DNA from: Octopus sinensis
Taxonomy: Eukaryota
DNA: 64,000 nucleotides
Assembly (NCBI RefSeq): GCF_006345805.1
Contig: NC_043004.1
Span: 50,778,001 to 50,842,000, forward strand
Direction: 5' to 3'
Below the pieces are notes generated by a model. It worked only from the letters and a program-made list of their open reading frames with translations. It searched no databases and had not been told where the DNA came from. Position numbers and translations under genes: made by a program. Below are positions 38,196 to 51,149 of this stretch, piece after piece; positions within the stretch are counted from its first letter, which is position 1; the number at the start of each line of letters is the position of its first letter.

Positions 38196-38230
<35 letters not shown>

Positions 38231-38232
<2 letters not shown>

Positions 38233-38508
38233 AGGCGCAATGGCCCAGTGGTTAGGGTAGCGGACTCGCGGTCGTAGGATCGCGGTTTCGATTCCCAGAC
38301 CGGGCGTTGTGTGTTTTTATTGAGCGAAAACACCTAAAACGCTCCACGAGGCTCCGGCAGGGGGTGGCGATCCCTGCTGTACTCTTTCACCACACTTTCT
38401 CTCACTCTTTCTTCTGTTGGCCTGCTCGCTTAGCCAGCGGGGTGGCGTCATTCGAAGGCTAAAACAATGCGCACGCATTGTGACCAGCGAATTGTAGCAA
38501 CATCTGAT

Positions 38509-38515
<7 letters not shown>
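38231..38515 (+). mobile_element. SINE family C head with variant tail, between (GT)n and (TA)n
   Basis: Same variant as 2961-3250. Confidence 0.85.
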
Positions 38516-38545
<30 letters not shown>

Positions 38546-38927
38546 AAATAAATTTTTTTTACATATAAATAAACAAAACATTCAAACACTAAGGTTTGAA
38601 ATGAGATGGAGATGTCACTATTGTTAATATCATCTGTGGAAACATTTTAAATTGATGGTATTAACAGTAGCAACGTAGGTGGTTCGCAGGAGGCAAAAAG
38701 CGTTATTTAGCTACAAATTACAAATTAGCATGAAGCGTAAGGATGCTGAAAATCATCAACCTGCTAGAGATAAGAGCTAAAGTATTAATTAAACCACCGT
38801 AAAGCACCACGATAATTAAGGCGAGGAAACGGAAAGAATTAACACATTAAAAAGCGCAACTATGAAAGATTACGCCATTTAGGACATCTACATACCCGTA
38901 TATATATACATATACATACACACACAT

Positions 38928-38969
<42 letters not shown>

Positions 38970-39144
38970 TATACATATACATATATAATATATATAATAT
39001 ATATATATATATATACATATGTGCGTGTGTGTGTGTGTGTGGTGTGTGTGCGTGTGTGTAAAATATATGTATATTATATATAATATATATACATACATAC
39101 ACATATATATATATACACACACATACCATTTATATGTAGTTAGA

Positions 39145-39178
<34 letters not shown>

Positions 39179-39334
39179 CATACATACATACATACGTACG
39201 TACATACATACGTACGTACATACATACATACATACTTACATACATATATACACACACCAAACGCAAAAAGCAACAAGGCGAGGACGTGGTATATGTAAAT
39301 TATTAGCAGACGCTCAGGGGAGGAAAGAAAGCTG

Positions 39335-39369
39335 GTTTGACGTTTCGAGCAAATCTCTTGTTCAGAAAC
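39335..39369 (-). ncRNA. Minimal hammerhead-like motif (G8C), within a Penelope-type 3' end (~39260-39450)
   Basis: Minus strand: gttt CTGAACA A GAGA ttt GCTC GAAA CG TC aaac. Flanks are homologous to 52600-52780. Confidence 0.6.
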
Positions 39370-39479
39370 AGGAGACAGAGGAAAGTCCAATAGAAAAGGA
39401 AGACGGAGGAAGAATAATCGCCAACGATTCACATGTGGTTACAACGCACTTATGTATGTATGTGCAGCTCTTTCTTTGT

Positions 39480-41460
39480 TTTCAATTTAGAATAAATTTT
39501 GACCTGCCATCTACTTTGTAGTAAGGTTGTGAATGAAAGCATCTTGTCTTGTTCATCATCTTTTAAACCTTTATGTAGGTTTTGAAGATCTTTACAGTCC
39601 CATATATCGCAATCGTTTATAGCGTATGAATTAAGGATCTCCGTTCTCTCCTCAAGAGCCCAAGTTAAGCCATACTTCGTTCCAAATGTGTCGGAATGTA
39701 TCCTGTTGCTCCACTGCTAAAAGGTATAGTGCGAAAAGTGCACCTTGGATATCGGATTTACAAACTCAGTATCAATGGTTCACAGATGTCCTTTTTCTTT
39801 TGTACTTTTCTAGCCACAAAAGAACATATCTGTTCATTGTTGTCCCACACAACAATATCTGGCCGGTTGTGTTTTAACTTGGCGGTTGTTTTCATTTTCA
39901 AGGTCCGTCAATATTCTGTTGACCCATCAGTCTCAATATGGTCAAATTCGTCTGTAAGTATTTTGTTTTTTTGCTATCCTATTCCAGACTGCTCGGTCCA
40001 CCGCATAATGCCTCATTTGAAGATAATGTCTAGAAGACATTCTCTCGAAGTTGGCCTTAGTGCAGTTGACGTCTTCAGTCTTGACCTTGTACAGCCTACA
40101 TTTGTTGTTTGTCAAAATTTTCTGCATTTTGTGCTGTTGACACAGGATGATCTTTGGTTCTTGGACTGCATGGAGTTAGCTTTTGAAGTGGTATGTTATA
40201 AATTTGTCGCTACTCCATGCCAAGCTTTTGATACGATCAACCCTTTCCATGGTTTGAGTTTTTCTCACTGAACCGGCTCATTTCTTTTGTTCTTCTGTAT
40301 CAGCTCTTATTTCATACTTCTCAAGTTCATTAGCTATCTTACTTATGTTGTTGATTTTCATGGTCACAAACTTGGGTGACATAGTTACTAGTCTCTTTCC
40401 TCTGCTGCAGATGTTGTTTCAGTGTCACAAGAGGTGCTTCATATGACATCAATCCAGGTTTGAAACCACGACCACCATCCTCACGTGGGAACTATAGCCT
40501 GTCTATATTTCCATTGATGCTAAAATGTTCTTACAGTTCTTATAGCGACTAATCTAGAAGGCCAAAAGTAGGTGTGAGGATATGCACTGCAAATGTGCCA
40601 TGGGAAACATGCTTGTTGTAAGATGCGAGTTCTGATGTCATATTCTTTTTACTCTCCATTCCTGGTCCTCTCCTTATTTATGGGTCCATCATATCTGACA
40701 TTCTCATCTTGTCTAAGATACCTATAATTGCTATCTGATCGTAGAGGCTGTATTCTCAAACTGTTCATTTTTAGGTCTTCAGAAGAGAGCGCAACCTTTT
40801 TACGCGTTATGGTTAAAAATGCACATTTGGACTCAGCAAATTTCATCGAAATGTCTATAAAAAACTTGGTTATAAGGTCCAATTCTTTTTTTATGTTGTT
40901 GATATTTGGTCTGTACAGTTTCAAGTCGTCGACTAAGAAAAGATGGGAGATACATCTGGATCCATTTCTATCCCTACAATGTTTTGTTAGCTGGTTTGAT
41001 AGTGAGTTTAACGAGAGGACGAAGAACAACACTGATAGGCTGTCACCTTGAAAGACACCTTTTTGAAAGTGAATGCTATCCAATTCAATTTGCTCTTTAC
41101 CATTCCTAAAGACCAACTATTAGTCAGGCGTTCATTAGCATTCTCTTCTGGTTGTGGGACTTTGGTTAACTGTAAAGCTTTGATAATCCACTAATGTGGT
41201 ACATTATCAAAGGTCTTCTGGTAATCCAGCCACACTACGGTTAGTTACTGCGATTTTTTACAGCTTTTTTCCTTGACCATTTTGTTAATTAGTAGCTGCT
41301 GTATACAGTCCCACACCTCTTTCTTTTCTCCAGCTTGCTCAGGTGTTATAATGCTGTTGGTGACACAATGACCCTGCAAGAACAGATTGAGGCACGCAAG
41401 GTATAATTTGTACATGATGTTCTGGCACGTTATTGAGCAGTAAGTTTTTGCAAGGGTGGT
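39480..41460 (-). mobile_element. R4/Dong-like RLE-type LINE remnant
   Basis: EQAG..K.VWDCIQQLLINKMV, WLDYQKTFDNVPH, GVFQGDSLS, HLFLVDDLKLY and MRHYAV (RHD-like). Many stops. Confidence 0.75.
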
Positions 41461-41514
41461 TTGGCTATGTATGTATGTATGTATGTATGTATGTATGTAT
41501 GTATGTATGTATGA

Positions 41515-41545
<31 letters not shown>

Positions 41546-41706
41546 TGTATGTATGTATGTATGTATGTATGTATGTATGTATGTGTGTGTGTGTATGTAT
41601 GTATGTATGTATGTATGTATGTATGTATGTATGTATGTATGTATGTATGGGTGTGTGTGTGTGTATATATGTATGTATGCATGTATGTATGTATGTACTG
41701 TACAAA

Positions 41707-42942
41707 CAAGGGTCGGTTGAAAATTACATTGGCTGATATGGATACTATCATGTAATGAGACCAAATGAGGTTCATTTTTCGACATAAACCCCATTGCGGT
41801 CCACACACTTCTTCCATCAGTGCTGCAGAGCTTAGATCCTATTCGTGAAGAAGCTTTCATCCTATTGGTCATAAAAGTCATCAACAGCAGTTATGACGTC
41901 ATATCTGCTGTGATACAGGTTCCCAGTGAAGTTCTTTTTCATGTTGGGGAACAGATGAGAGTCAGATGGGGCAAAGTCAGGAGAACAAGGAGGGTGATCC
42001 AGAAGTCCAAAGCTACAATCACATACAGCAGCCATTGAAAGCAAGGACTTGTGCTGGAGCATTGCTTTGATGTAACAAGACACTTTTCGTCAGTTTTTCT
42101 GGGCATTTGGTCTTGATAGCCTTTCATAACTGCCTCAGCAAGTTGGCATAGTACTCTCCACTGACGGTGTGGCCTTTTTGAAGATAGTGAATAAACAATG
42201 CTTTTTGCATCCAAAAAAACAGAGGCAATCACCTTCCCTGCAGATGAAATGATTTTGGTCTTCTTTGGAGCAGGTGAGGAGGAGTGTTTCCATTGCATAG
42301 ATTTTTCCCTTTGTCTCTAGGTCAAAGTGATGAAACCAACACTCACCTTGGATAAGGAAATGCTCAAGGACAAGGAAAGCAGTTACATCTGCCTCAAGCA
42401 ATGCCAAATTTTCTCATGATACAATCAGATTTCAGAAGATATGACAGTCTTCGTCATGTCAAGTTTATCAACTCTCTCACAGGATATGCTAATAGCATTG
42501 GCTATTTGATTTATAGTCAATTGCCTGTCATCCATCACCATATGGTGAACATGATGCATGTTTTCCTCGATGGTGGCAGTTGCAGGACGTCCAGACCTTG
42601 TGTCAACTTCATGAGTTTCTGTTCACACTTTTGCGCTGTTGTTAAAGCTGGAGTCTCATCCCCTAATGCAGCAACTATGTCAACATGAATGTCCTTAGGG
42701 GATAAAGCCTTTTTTCTTTTCTGCTGGTACTTGATAACATTACGATGCCAAATATTGTCCATTTTCAAAAGAAGTTACTGCTAGTGACTTTAGAAGTCTC
42801 CTTTGAACAGTCAAATGTTAGTTTATCTGGAAAGAAACAGTACAGTTATTAATAAGAAGGGTTGAAATTAATGTATGTAAGATTTCACAGCTCTAGCATC
42901 GCGTCTTCATAGCCAGCCTATGAACTTTTCAGCCCACCCTCG
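41707..42942 (-). mobile_element. mariner element, degraded full length
   Basis: TIRs cgagggtgggctgaaaagttca / caagggtcggttgaaaattaca. WFHHFDLETK and HPPCSPDFAPSDSHLFPNMK. Confidence 0.88.
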
Positions 42943-43544
42943 TACGTACTTAGTGCACACACACACACACACACACACACGCTGTACATTGGTGAGATGT
43001 GTGATCATTATCATGTATCCAAAAATCGGCCTTCTTAGACGACTGTTTAAAAAAGTCCTTCGTTAGATCCTACTGTAATTTCACTTAGTATGAATGAGAT
43101 TGCACACCCAAAGCAATGTGTTATCTCCGTAGTTTACAGACAAAACTAAAGGCATACATATATTGACAGACAAAATACAATGATAATCAAAATACAAATT
43201 ACAGAAATAAGGAAACAGAGAACAAATATAAAAAAAAAAACATTAGATCCTTCAAAGAAACAAAGAAACAGTTGATAAGACACTTAAAAAAAATAGTTCA
43301 TAAGTACAGAAATGGGCAATCTTAATCACATTAATCACTTTCTTACCTCTAAGCGCTTCATTTTATTCGACGTTCTGATTTGTACTTTCTTCCTTATTAT
43401 CTAACAATGAAGGCTGAGTAGTAACTTATAAATATATATATATATATAAAATAATTTGCTAGCAAATTATTTTATTTGCTAAAAGAATTTCTAGGCGCAT
43501 TTCACGCAATATTGTATCTATGCACACAAACATATACACACAGA

Positions 43545-43710
43545 GGTGTAGGAGTGGCTGTGTGGTAAGTAGCTTGCTTACCAACCACATAGTTCCGGGT
43601 TTTTAGTCCCACTGCGTGGCACCTTGGGCAAGTGTCTTCTACTATAGCCTCGGGCCGACCAAAGCCTTGTGAGTGGATTTGGTAGACGGAAACTGAAAGA
43701 AGCCCGTCGT
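43545..43710 (+). mobile_element. SINE family A 5' half (3' half at ~44570-44830)
   Basis: The head precedes, and the body follows, the fold-back insertion sitting in its internal (TA)n. Confidence 0.85.
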
Positions 43711-43780
43711 ATATATATATATATATATATATAGATAAGAAAGTTGGTTTGTGAAAGCACGTGGGTGAATATATAGAAAA

Positions 43781-44499
43781 TAGTAAAGAGTGAAAAAACT
43801 ACAGAAGGCTTAAATGTTAAAAAATATATATATTTGCGTCAATATGTCTGAAGAATATTAGAAAATTAAAAAAAAAAAATTTTTCTCTTATAATGACATA
43901 ATTTAAAAGAAAGACCGGTTTCGCGTGTAGCTTTTCAAATTTCTTGCGACATTATGTTTATGTTGAATAGAGTTTTCGTTATGTTTATGTTCAGAAGAGT
44001 TCTAAATAAGGGAAGGTAGTGAGTGATTTCTTCCGGTGTAAGGGAGATAATCGCTTAAAAATTTTTTTCTTTCCCTTGGTGTGAATTTCTCTGTGTGTGA
44101 ATTTCTCGGATCATCAACACAAATTAGACTAAACAAGGAAACATTCTTCATTGAAAAGTACAAGCCCAGACTCAACCATCCGAACATACTGATACAGAGA
44201 AATTCACACCAAGGGAAAGGAAAAAAATTTTAAGCGATTATCTCCCTTACACCGGAAGAAATCACTCACTACCTTCCCTTATTTAGAACTCTTCTGAACA
44301 TAAACATAACGAAAACTCTATCCAACATAAACATAATGTCGCAAGAAATTTGAAAAGCTACACGTGAAACCGGTCTTTCTTTTAAATTATGTCATTATAA
44401 GAGAAAAAATTTTTTTTTTTAATTTTCTAATATTCTTCAGACATATTGACGAAATAATATATTTTTTAACATTTAAGCCTTTGTAGTTTTTTCACTCTT

Positions 44500-44504
<5 letters not shown>
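43781..44504. mobile_element. Fold-back Penelope-type terminus: ~314 bp arms, ~99 nt loop encoding a GIY-YIG C-terminus
   Basis: 43781-44094 is approximately the reverse complement of 44194-44504. The loop reads IRLNKETFFIEKYKPRLN. Arms carry TTGAAAA GC tacac G(C/T) GAAA CCGG TC. Confidence 0.85.
44343..44381 (+). ncRNA. Minimal hammerhead-like motif with U3-A8 core (mirror copy 43907-43945, minus)
   Basis: aagaaa t TTGAAAA GC tacac GT GAAA CCGG TC tttctt: 6 bp stem I, ACCGGU palindromic stem III, GUC site. Confidence 0.65.
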
Positions 44505-44572
<68 letters not shown>

Positions 44573-45117
44573 TATGTATGTGTGTGAATATGTTTGTGTT
44601 GTCTGTGTTTGTCCCCCCAACATCGCTTGTGTGTTTACGTCCCCGTAACTTAGCGGTTCGGCAAAAGAACCCGATAGAATAAATACTAGGCTTACAAACA
44701 ATAAGTCCTGGGGTTCATTTGCTCGACTAAAAGCGAGTTGCTCGACTAAAGGCGATTTACTCGACCAAAGGCAGTGCTCCAGCATGGCCACAGTCAAATG
44801 ACTGAAACAAGTAAAAGTGTAAAGTGTAAGTGTAAAATGACCCACACACATAACGACATGGATGGATGGATAGAGAGGGAGAGAGAGGGAGAGAGGGAGA
44901 GAGGGAGAGATGGTACTTTTGCTTAGTCTGGTTCAACGCCCGTATAAATTGTGTATATGTGTGCAAAAATGTGTTTGTTTATATATCTGCGTGTTTGTGT
45001 GTACGTACATCTGTTTATCTGACCGTATTTCTTGCACGTGTATGCATTTCACGCGCGTGCTCGCGCGTGTGTGAGCGTGTGTGTGTGAGTGCGTGTGTGT
45101 GTGAGTGCGAGTGTACA

Positions 45118-45152
<35 letters not shown>

Positions 45153-45185
45153 ATGCGCGCGTGTGTGTGTGTGTGTGCATGTGTG

Positions 45186-45232
<47 letters not shown>

Positions 45233-45665
45233 ATGCGTGTGTGTGTGTGTGTGCATGCGTGCGTGTGTGTGTCTGTGTGTGTGTGTGTGTGTGCGTGCGT
45301 GCGTGTGTGTCTAAGAATGTCTATGTGCATAAAAGTACTTTATGACAGTTTGCTTTACAGCTGAACTTTATAACTGGCGCCATCTGCGTTAACTTGTTCT
45401 CTTCTCTAACCTCCATCCCCCCCCCCTCTGTCTCGTATGTGTATGTGTATGAGTCTACGTGTGCATGTGTGTGTTCTATTTCATCACGCTTTGCTGCAGA
45501 AACATAACACACACACACACACACACACATAAGACGTATGTTTGTAGGAAAGTAACCGTAGAGTACGTACGAACCCAGTCATACGAGACAGACTAACGTT
45601 GTTGTTTAACCCCCGGTCAACTTTGTTTCAACGGTTCTTACAGCTATCTAGGTTTGCTTTATTCA

Positions 45666-46064
45666 ATACTAGCAGTATCGCCCGGCGTTGCTCGGGTTTG
45701 TAAGGGAAATAACTATATAAGCATTTTTAGAGAGTTATAGCCAAAAAATAGCAAAAAAATGCATTAAAGACGGAAAAAAAATTATGGTAAATTTTTTTAA
45801 AAATCGTTGACTCATCGTAGACATTTTTAGAGAGTTACTTCCCTTATATAATAGCGAAAAAATGCATTAAAATGGAAAAAAATGATGGTAATTTTTTTTT
45901 TTAATCGTAGACTCATCGTAGACGCGCGCTAATACCCAGACGGGCTCGATATGAATCACGACTGTAAGTTTTGGTTAAACTGCACCGCAAAATGTGGGAG
46001 TAGTTAGGAATCTAAATCGTAGGAGACAGACAGCACACAACCTCTCTTTTATATATATAAAGAT
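45666..46064 (+). mobile_element. HINE/DINE-1-like element
   Basis: atactagcagtatcgcccggcgttgctcggg...agacagacagcacacaacctctcttttatatatataaagat. Confidence 0.65.
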
Positions 46065-46155
46065 GTCCTTTCCTCATTTAAGTCACTAATGTGTGATTCC
46101 AGGGATTTTTCTATGTAATTTCTTTCAGGCAGTCAGACGAGCATGCGCAAAGGTG

Positions 46156-46187
<32 letters not shown>

Positions 46188-47041
46188 TGTATGTATGTAT
46201 GTATGTATGTATGTATGTATGTACTGCATGTATGCATGCATGTCTGTGTGTATGTATGTATATATATGAATGTGTGTGTATGTACGTACGTATGTGTGTG
46301 TATGTATTTGTGTGTGTATGTATGTATTTGTGTGTGTATGTATGTATGTATGTGAGTGTGTATGTGTATTATTATTCAGTTTATTTCAAGATTTCTTGCC
46401 AATAGAGAAAGAGCCGGTTTCTAACCTAGACCTAAGGCTCCTTCATTGGAATTTCAACATCAACAACAGGGTATTTTTGTATGTATGTATTTGTGTGTGT
46501 ATGTATGTAAGTATGTATGTAAGTATGTATGTATGTATGTATGCGTGTGAAATTTATGATTTCTCCGTTTTCTGTGAATCGATTTTGATGAAACATTTCC
46601 CAGCTGGTTTGCACACCATCGCAACACCATTGTTACCTCCGCCAAGGAAGGAGGTTATGTTTTCATCGGCGTTGGTTTGTCCGTCTGTCAGTCCGTCGGT
46701 GTGCAAAATAACTCAAAAAGTTGTGAACGGTATTTGATGAAACTTGCAGGAAAAGTTGGTAATGACACAAGGAACAGGAATTTTTATGGATTCTTGAAGG
46801 ATTTTTCATTTGTTATATTTACTTTACATGAAGTATTACTATGTTACGTTCTTTGATTATCTCCCTTGAAAACACGTTCAAAAGAATGGAAATTACACAA
46901 AATAATGAAAACATAACAATTGTGTTGCGATAGAGTGCAAACCAGCTGCGAAAAGTTTTATCAAAATCGTTTCACAGAAAACCGAGAAATCCTAAATTTT
47001 GCTCCTAAGCTATTGGCATGGGTCTGGGTGTATATACATAT

Positions 47042-47125
<84 letters not shown>

Positions 47126-47131
47126 TATATA

Positions 47132-47415
47132 TATCTATACAATATGTTACATTACTCGGTAGTCAAGATAAAACTCTGAGTTTCAGATGCCGAAGTGGAA
47201 ATCCACAACACCATCTCTTCGGTTATCTGGCTATTTGATAACGTTTTCAAATAGCCAGATAACCGAAGAGATGGTGTTGTGGATTTCCACTTCGGCATCT
47301 GAAACTCAGAGTTTTATCTTGACTACCGAGTAATGTAACATATTGTATAGATAAATTTCCTCTATTTACATAATATTGAGGTCTCTTTCTTTCTTTTGTT
47401 ATCTTACCGTTTTAT

Positions 47416-47420
<5 letters not shown>
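47132..47420 (+). mobile_element. Fold-back element (perfect ~107 bp arms, 8 nt loop) with hammerhead-like motif at 47257-47319
   Basis: 47132-47238 is the reverse complement of 47247-47353. agataa CCGAAGA GATG...CATC t GAAA CTCAGAG TT ttatct. (TA)n on both sides. Confidence 0.8.
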
Positions 47421-47463
<43 letters not shown>

Positions 47464-47594
47464 GAGTGGTAAGGTGAGAGGCGGTATGGTAAGAACCTTA
47501 CTTCCCAACCGCATGGTTCCAGGCTCAGTCCAATGCGCAGCACCTTATAGCTTCTGGCCGACCTTGTCACAGGTTTTGGTAGGACAGAAACTGT

Positions 47595-47638
<44 letters not shown>

Positions 47639-48480
47639 TGTCTGTCTGTCTCTTTGGCACCCATCACAGTTTGACGACCGATGTTGGTATGTTTACGTCA
47701 CCGTAACTTAAAAGAGACCGATAGAGTAAGTACTAAGCTTTAAAAAGGATAAATATTTGGGCTGATTCATTCGACTAAAAACTTCTTCAAGGCGGTGCCC
47801 CAGCATGGCCGCAGTTTAAAGACGGAAACGAGTAATAGATAAAAGATGAAAGATATATATATGAGAAATAAGGATAAACACACTTTACATATTATAGTCC
47901 CTACGTGCGTTTCACCATTATGGTTGTCTTGAGCCCAGCAATTGATGTTCCAAGTGTATTTAGATCAGGGGTTGGGGAACTTTTTTTTAACCACTTTACC
48001 CAAAATATATTTATTTACACCGACGTTACCCCCTTGATTTGAAAGGGAAAAAAATCATAGATTCTTTGAATTCAAAAAGTTTATAAAATCTATTTTTAGG
48101 GAGAATACAATTATAAATATAAAAAAGCATAAAACAAATGCGATAAAATAAATTAATATCCTCATTATGAAACAAAAGGATTTTTCTAGAAACTTTTCCA
48201 CTTCAGATTCTGGAGAAATGATGTTTAATTTCTGTTACAATTACATCAAAATTGGGGCATTTTGACGCCAGAGCTATTTGAATACAATCTTCGGGGTCCA
48301 ATCGATTTCGTTAAAGGGTTGAATTGAATAACTACTTAAATCTACTGAAACAAAGTAAAAACACGGGTGTCAAAAAATAAGGTTTGGGCGGGTAACAGAC
48401 ATCTGACAAATAACAACTGTTTAATGATATAAGACTTTGAGGGTCCATACAAGCAAAATAGTAAACTGGGGATTTTGGGC

Positions 48481-49049
48481 AAGACTTCCGCCCGTCCCCC
48501 ACCAAAAGACCTCCCTTTTTAAAAACGCTTTTTTCGACCCCCCCCCCCATCCTTTGTGGCTACATGGAATACGAATCTGCAAAAAAGTTGGCAAAAATCG
48601 ACGTTTCTAAATTACCCACCCCCACCCCCATTTCCTTCATTTTTAATCTTTTCAGAATTTTTTTCTCTCAAAATATGCGGAAAAATACGGAGATTATGAT
48701 TCTGAAAAAAAGTTTTCAAAAGTCTTTGAAAATCGTCTTTAAAGAATTTTTTTCTTTTTAAAATATGCGGAAAAATACGGACATCAAGATTCGGACAAAA
48801 ATTTCAAAACATTTCTGTACTTAGGGTTAGGGTTTTAGGGTTAGTGTTAGTGTTAGGTTAGGGTTTTAGGGTTAGGGCTAGGGTTTTCGTGTTAGTGTTC
48901 CGAAAAAAGTCAAAAATGAAGAAGTTAGGGCGGTGGGAAATTGGGGGAGGGGCGGATTTTCAAAATGCCGATTTTTGGCAATTTTCCGGCAAAAAAAAAA
49001 AATTTAAATAAACAAATTTGGGAGGAAATGGGGGGAGGGCGGAAGTCTT
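48481..49049. mobile_element. Non-autonomous TIR-bounded repeat containing degenerate (TTAGGG)n
   Basis: aagacttccgccc / gggcggaagtctt termini; ttagggttagggttttagggttagtg... at 48820-48900. No clear TSD. Confidence 0.55.
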
Positions 49050-49165
49050 TCTAAATTTTGTTCTAACACATTTATAGCAAGAAACCGCTAAATTTCTTTC
49101 TCAAAGCATTTTACATAATTCGAGCTACACAAGTTAATGAGTGAAAAACAAAATAGGGATTTTAA

Positions 49166-50260
49166 TAATAATAATAATAATAATAATTGTGTACAGTGCT
49201 CAGGTGCACTACAACTCATCTAAAGTGTATATATAATCAGGTGTAGTTTCGGCGGATTTCGGAAAGCATGAGGGCCTTAAAAGATGCAGTGTCATGGCAG
49301 TCAACAACTGACGCAGGCAGTTTATTCCATGCTTCAGCAACTCTGAGCGTGAAAAAATGTTTCCGAAAGTCATGGGAGCTGTGTTGCTTTCTGACTTTGT
49401 AGGCATGTCCACGTGTGTTAGACACATGGAGATCAAAAAGGTGTTCAGTGTTGTTGTTGGTGAGGTGGTCGATAACTTTGTGGGTGTTTACCAAGTCCGT
49501 CGCCAAACGCCGGAGCTTCAGTGAATCCATGCCCAGGGAAACAAGGCGCTCAGAATATGGTAGGTGTCTGATGGAGGGTATGCGTTTGGTTGCACGTCCC
49601 TGGACAGATTCCAGGAGGTCAATGTTCTGTGCAAGATAGGGGTTCCAAACTGATGATGCGAATTCCAAGTGTGGTCGTACCATAGCTGTATACAGTTTTA
49701 AATAGATGGCTGGAGAGCGGCTAACAAAAGACCTGCTGAGTGATGCCAAGACACCCTCGGCCTTCCTGACAATCTTAGAGATATGCTTTGACCAACGCAA
49801 ATCACTGCTGACAGTGATGCCTAGGTCACGCTCGCAAGAGGATTTCTTGATATCAGTGTTGTGGAGGGAGTATGTGAACGCAGGGTTTTTTCTCCCAAAA
49901 TGCATGGTGGTACACTTGTCCACAGCCAGTTTCAGTTGCCAGTCTGTGATCCATTGCTGCATTGTGTCTAGGTCTGATTGCAGGAAAGAGTTGTAGACAT
50001 CAGGATCTATCCTCTTGATTTCAAGGTACAGCTTGATGTCGTCTGCATATTTCAATACTGTGGCATTCTTTAAATTGGCATCTATGTCGTTAATGTATGC
50101 CACAAACAAGAGGGGACCAAGGACAGATCCCTGTGGTACACCCGATGACATCTCATATGGTGTAGAGTGCTGTCCTAGAACTGTGACTACCTCCTTTCGG
50201 CTGAGGATGAAGGATTTCAACCAGTTAAAAAGGTCATCCCCCACACCCAAGAAGATGCCT
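49166..50260 (-). mobile_element. CR1-group LINE, 5'-truncated, uninterrupted 337 aa RT C-terminal ORF (49237-50250)
   Basis: VPQGSVLGPLLFVAYINDI, YADD, RPHLEFASSVWNPY. 3' stem-loop agtgc-acctga-gcact and (ATT)n tail. Confidence 0.93.
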
Positions 50261-50450
50261 ATAAAGAAGATGCCTGAAAGAAGATGCCTATAAAACTAGC
50301 TTTTAAGCATCGAATGGCAACAAGGGTCCACATATAAAAAATAGTGAAGAACTACCGCGATAGACAGACAGACGGACGGACGGACGGACGGATAGACAGA
50401 CGGACAGACAGGCAGACAGAGGGAAAAACAGATAGAGTATTAGGTGGTCA

Positions 50451-50837
50451 GGAGGCGCAATGGCCCAGTGGTTAGGGCAGCGGACTCGCGGTCGTAGGAT
50501 CGCGGTTTCGATTCCCAGACCGGGCGTTGTGAGTGTTTATTGAGCGAAAACACCTAAAAAGCTCCACGAGGCTCCGGCAGGGATGGTGGTGATCCCTGCT
50601 GTACTCTTTCACCACAACTTTCTCTCACTCTTACTTCCTGTTTCTGTTGTACCTGTATTTCAAAGGGCCGGCCTTGTCACTCTCTGTGTCACGCAGAATA
50701 TCCCCGAGAACTGCGTTAAGGGTACACGTGTCTGTGGAGTGCTCAGCCACTTACACGTTAATTTCACGAGCAGGCTGTTCCGTTGATTCGGATCAACCGG
50801 AACCCTCATCGTCGTAACCGACGGAGTGCTTCCATCC
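50451..50837 (+). mobile_element. SINE family C with 12 bp TSD
   Basis: TSD attaggtggtca at 50439-50450 and 50838-50849. Confidence 0.92.
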
Positions 50838-51149
50838 ATTAGGTGGTCATCCATATCGACAAACCGATAGATATTTAGGACAGGAAGGTATGTATGTATG
50901 TATGTATGTATGTATGTATGTATGTATGTATGTAGGTAGGTAGGTATGTAGGTAGGTAGGTAGGTATTTAGCTTCACCGCTGGTGCCACTGAAGGAGGGT
51001 GATATCATTAAAGGCGTGAAATTGCCTCGAACCTTTGGCCGATAATTGATGAGGATTTGGCAGCCTTCTGTGTCTGTTTTCCGTTTGCATGTGTTTATAT
51101 ATTGTGTGTTTTAATGTGTATTGTGTTTTTATGTATTGTGTTAGACAAA

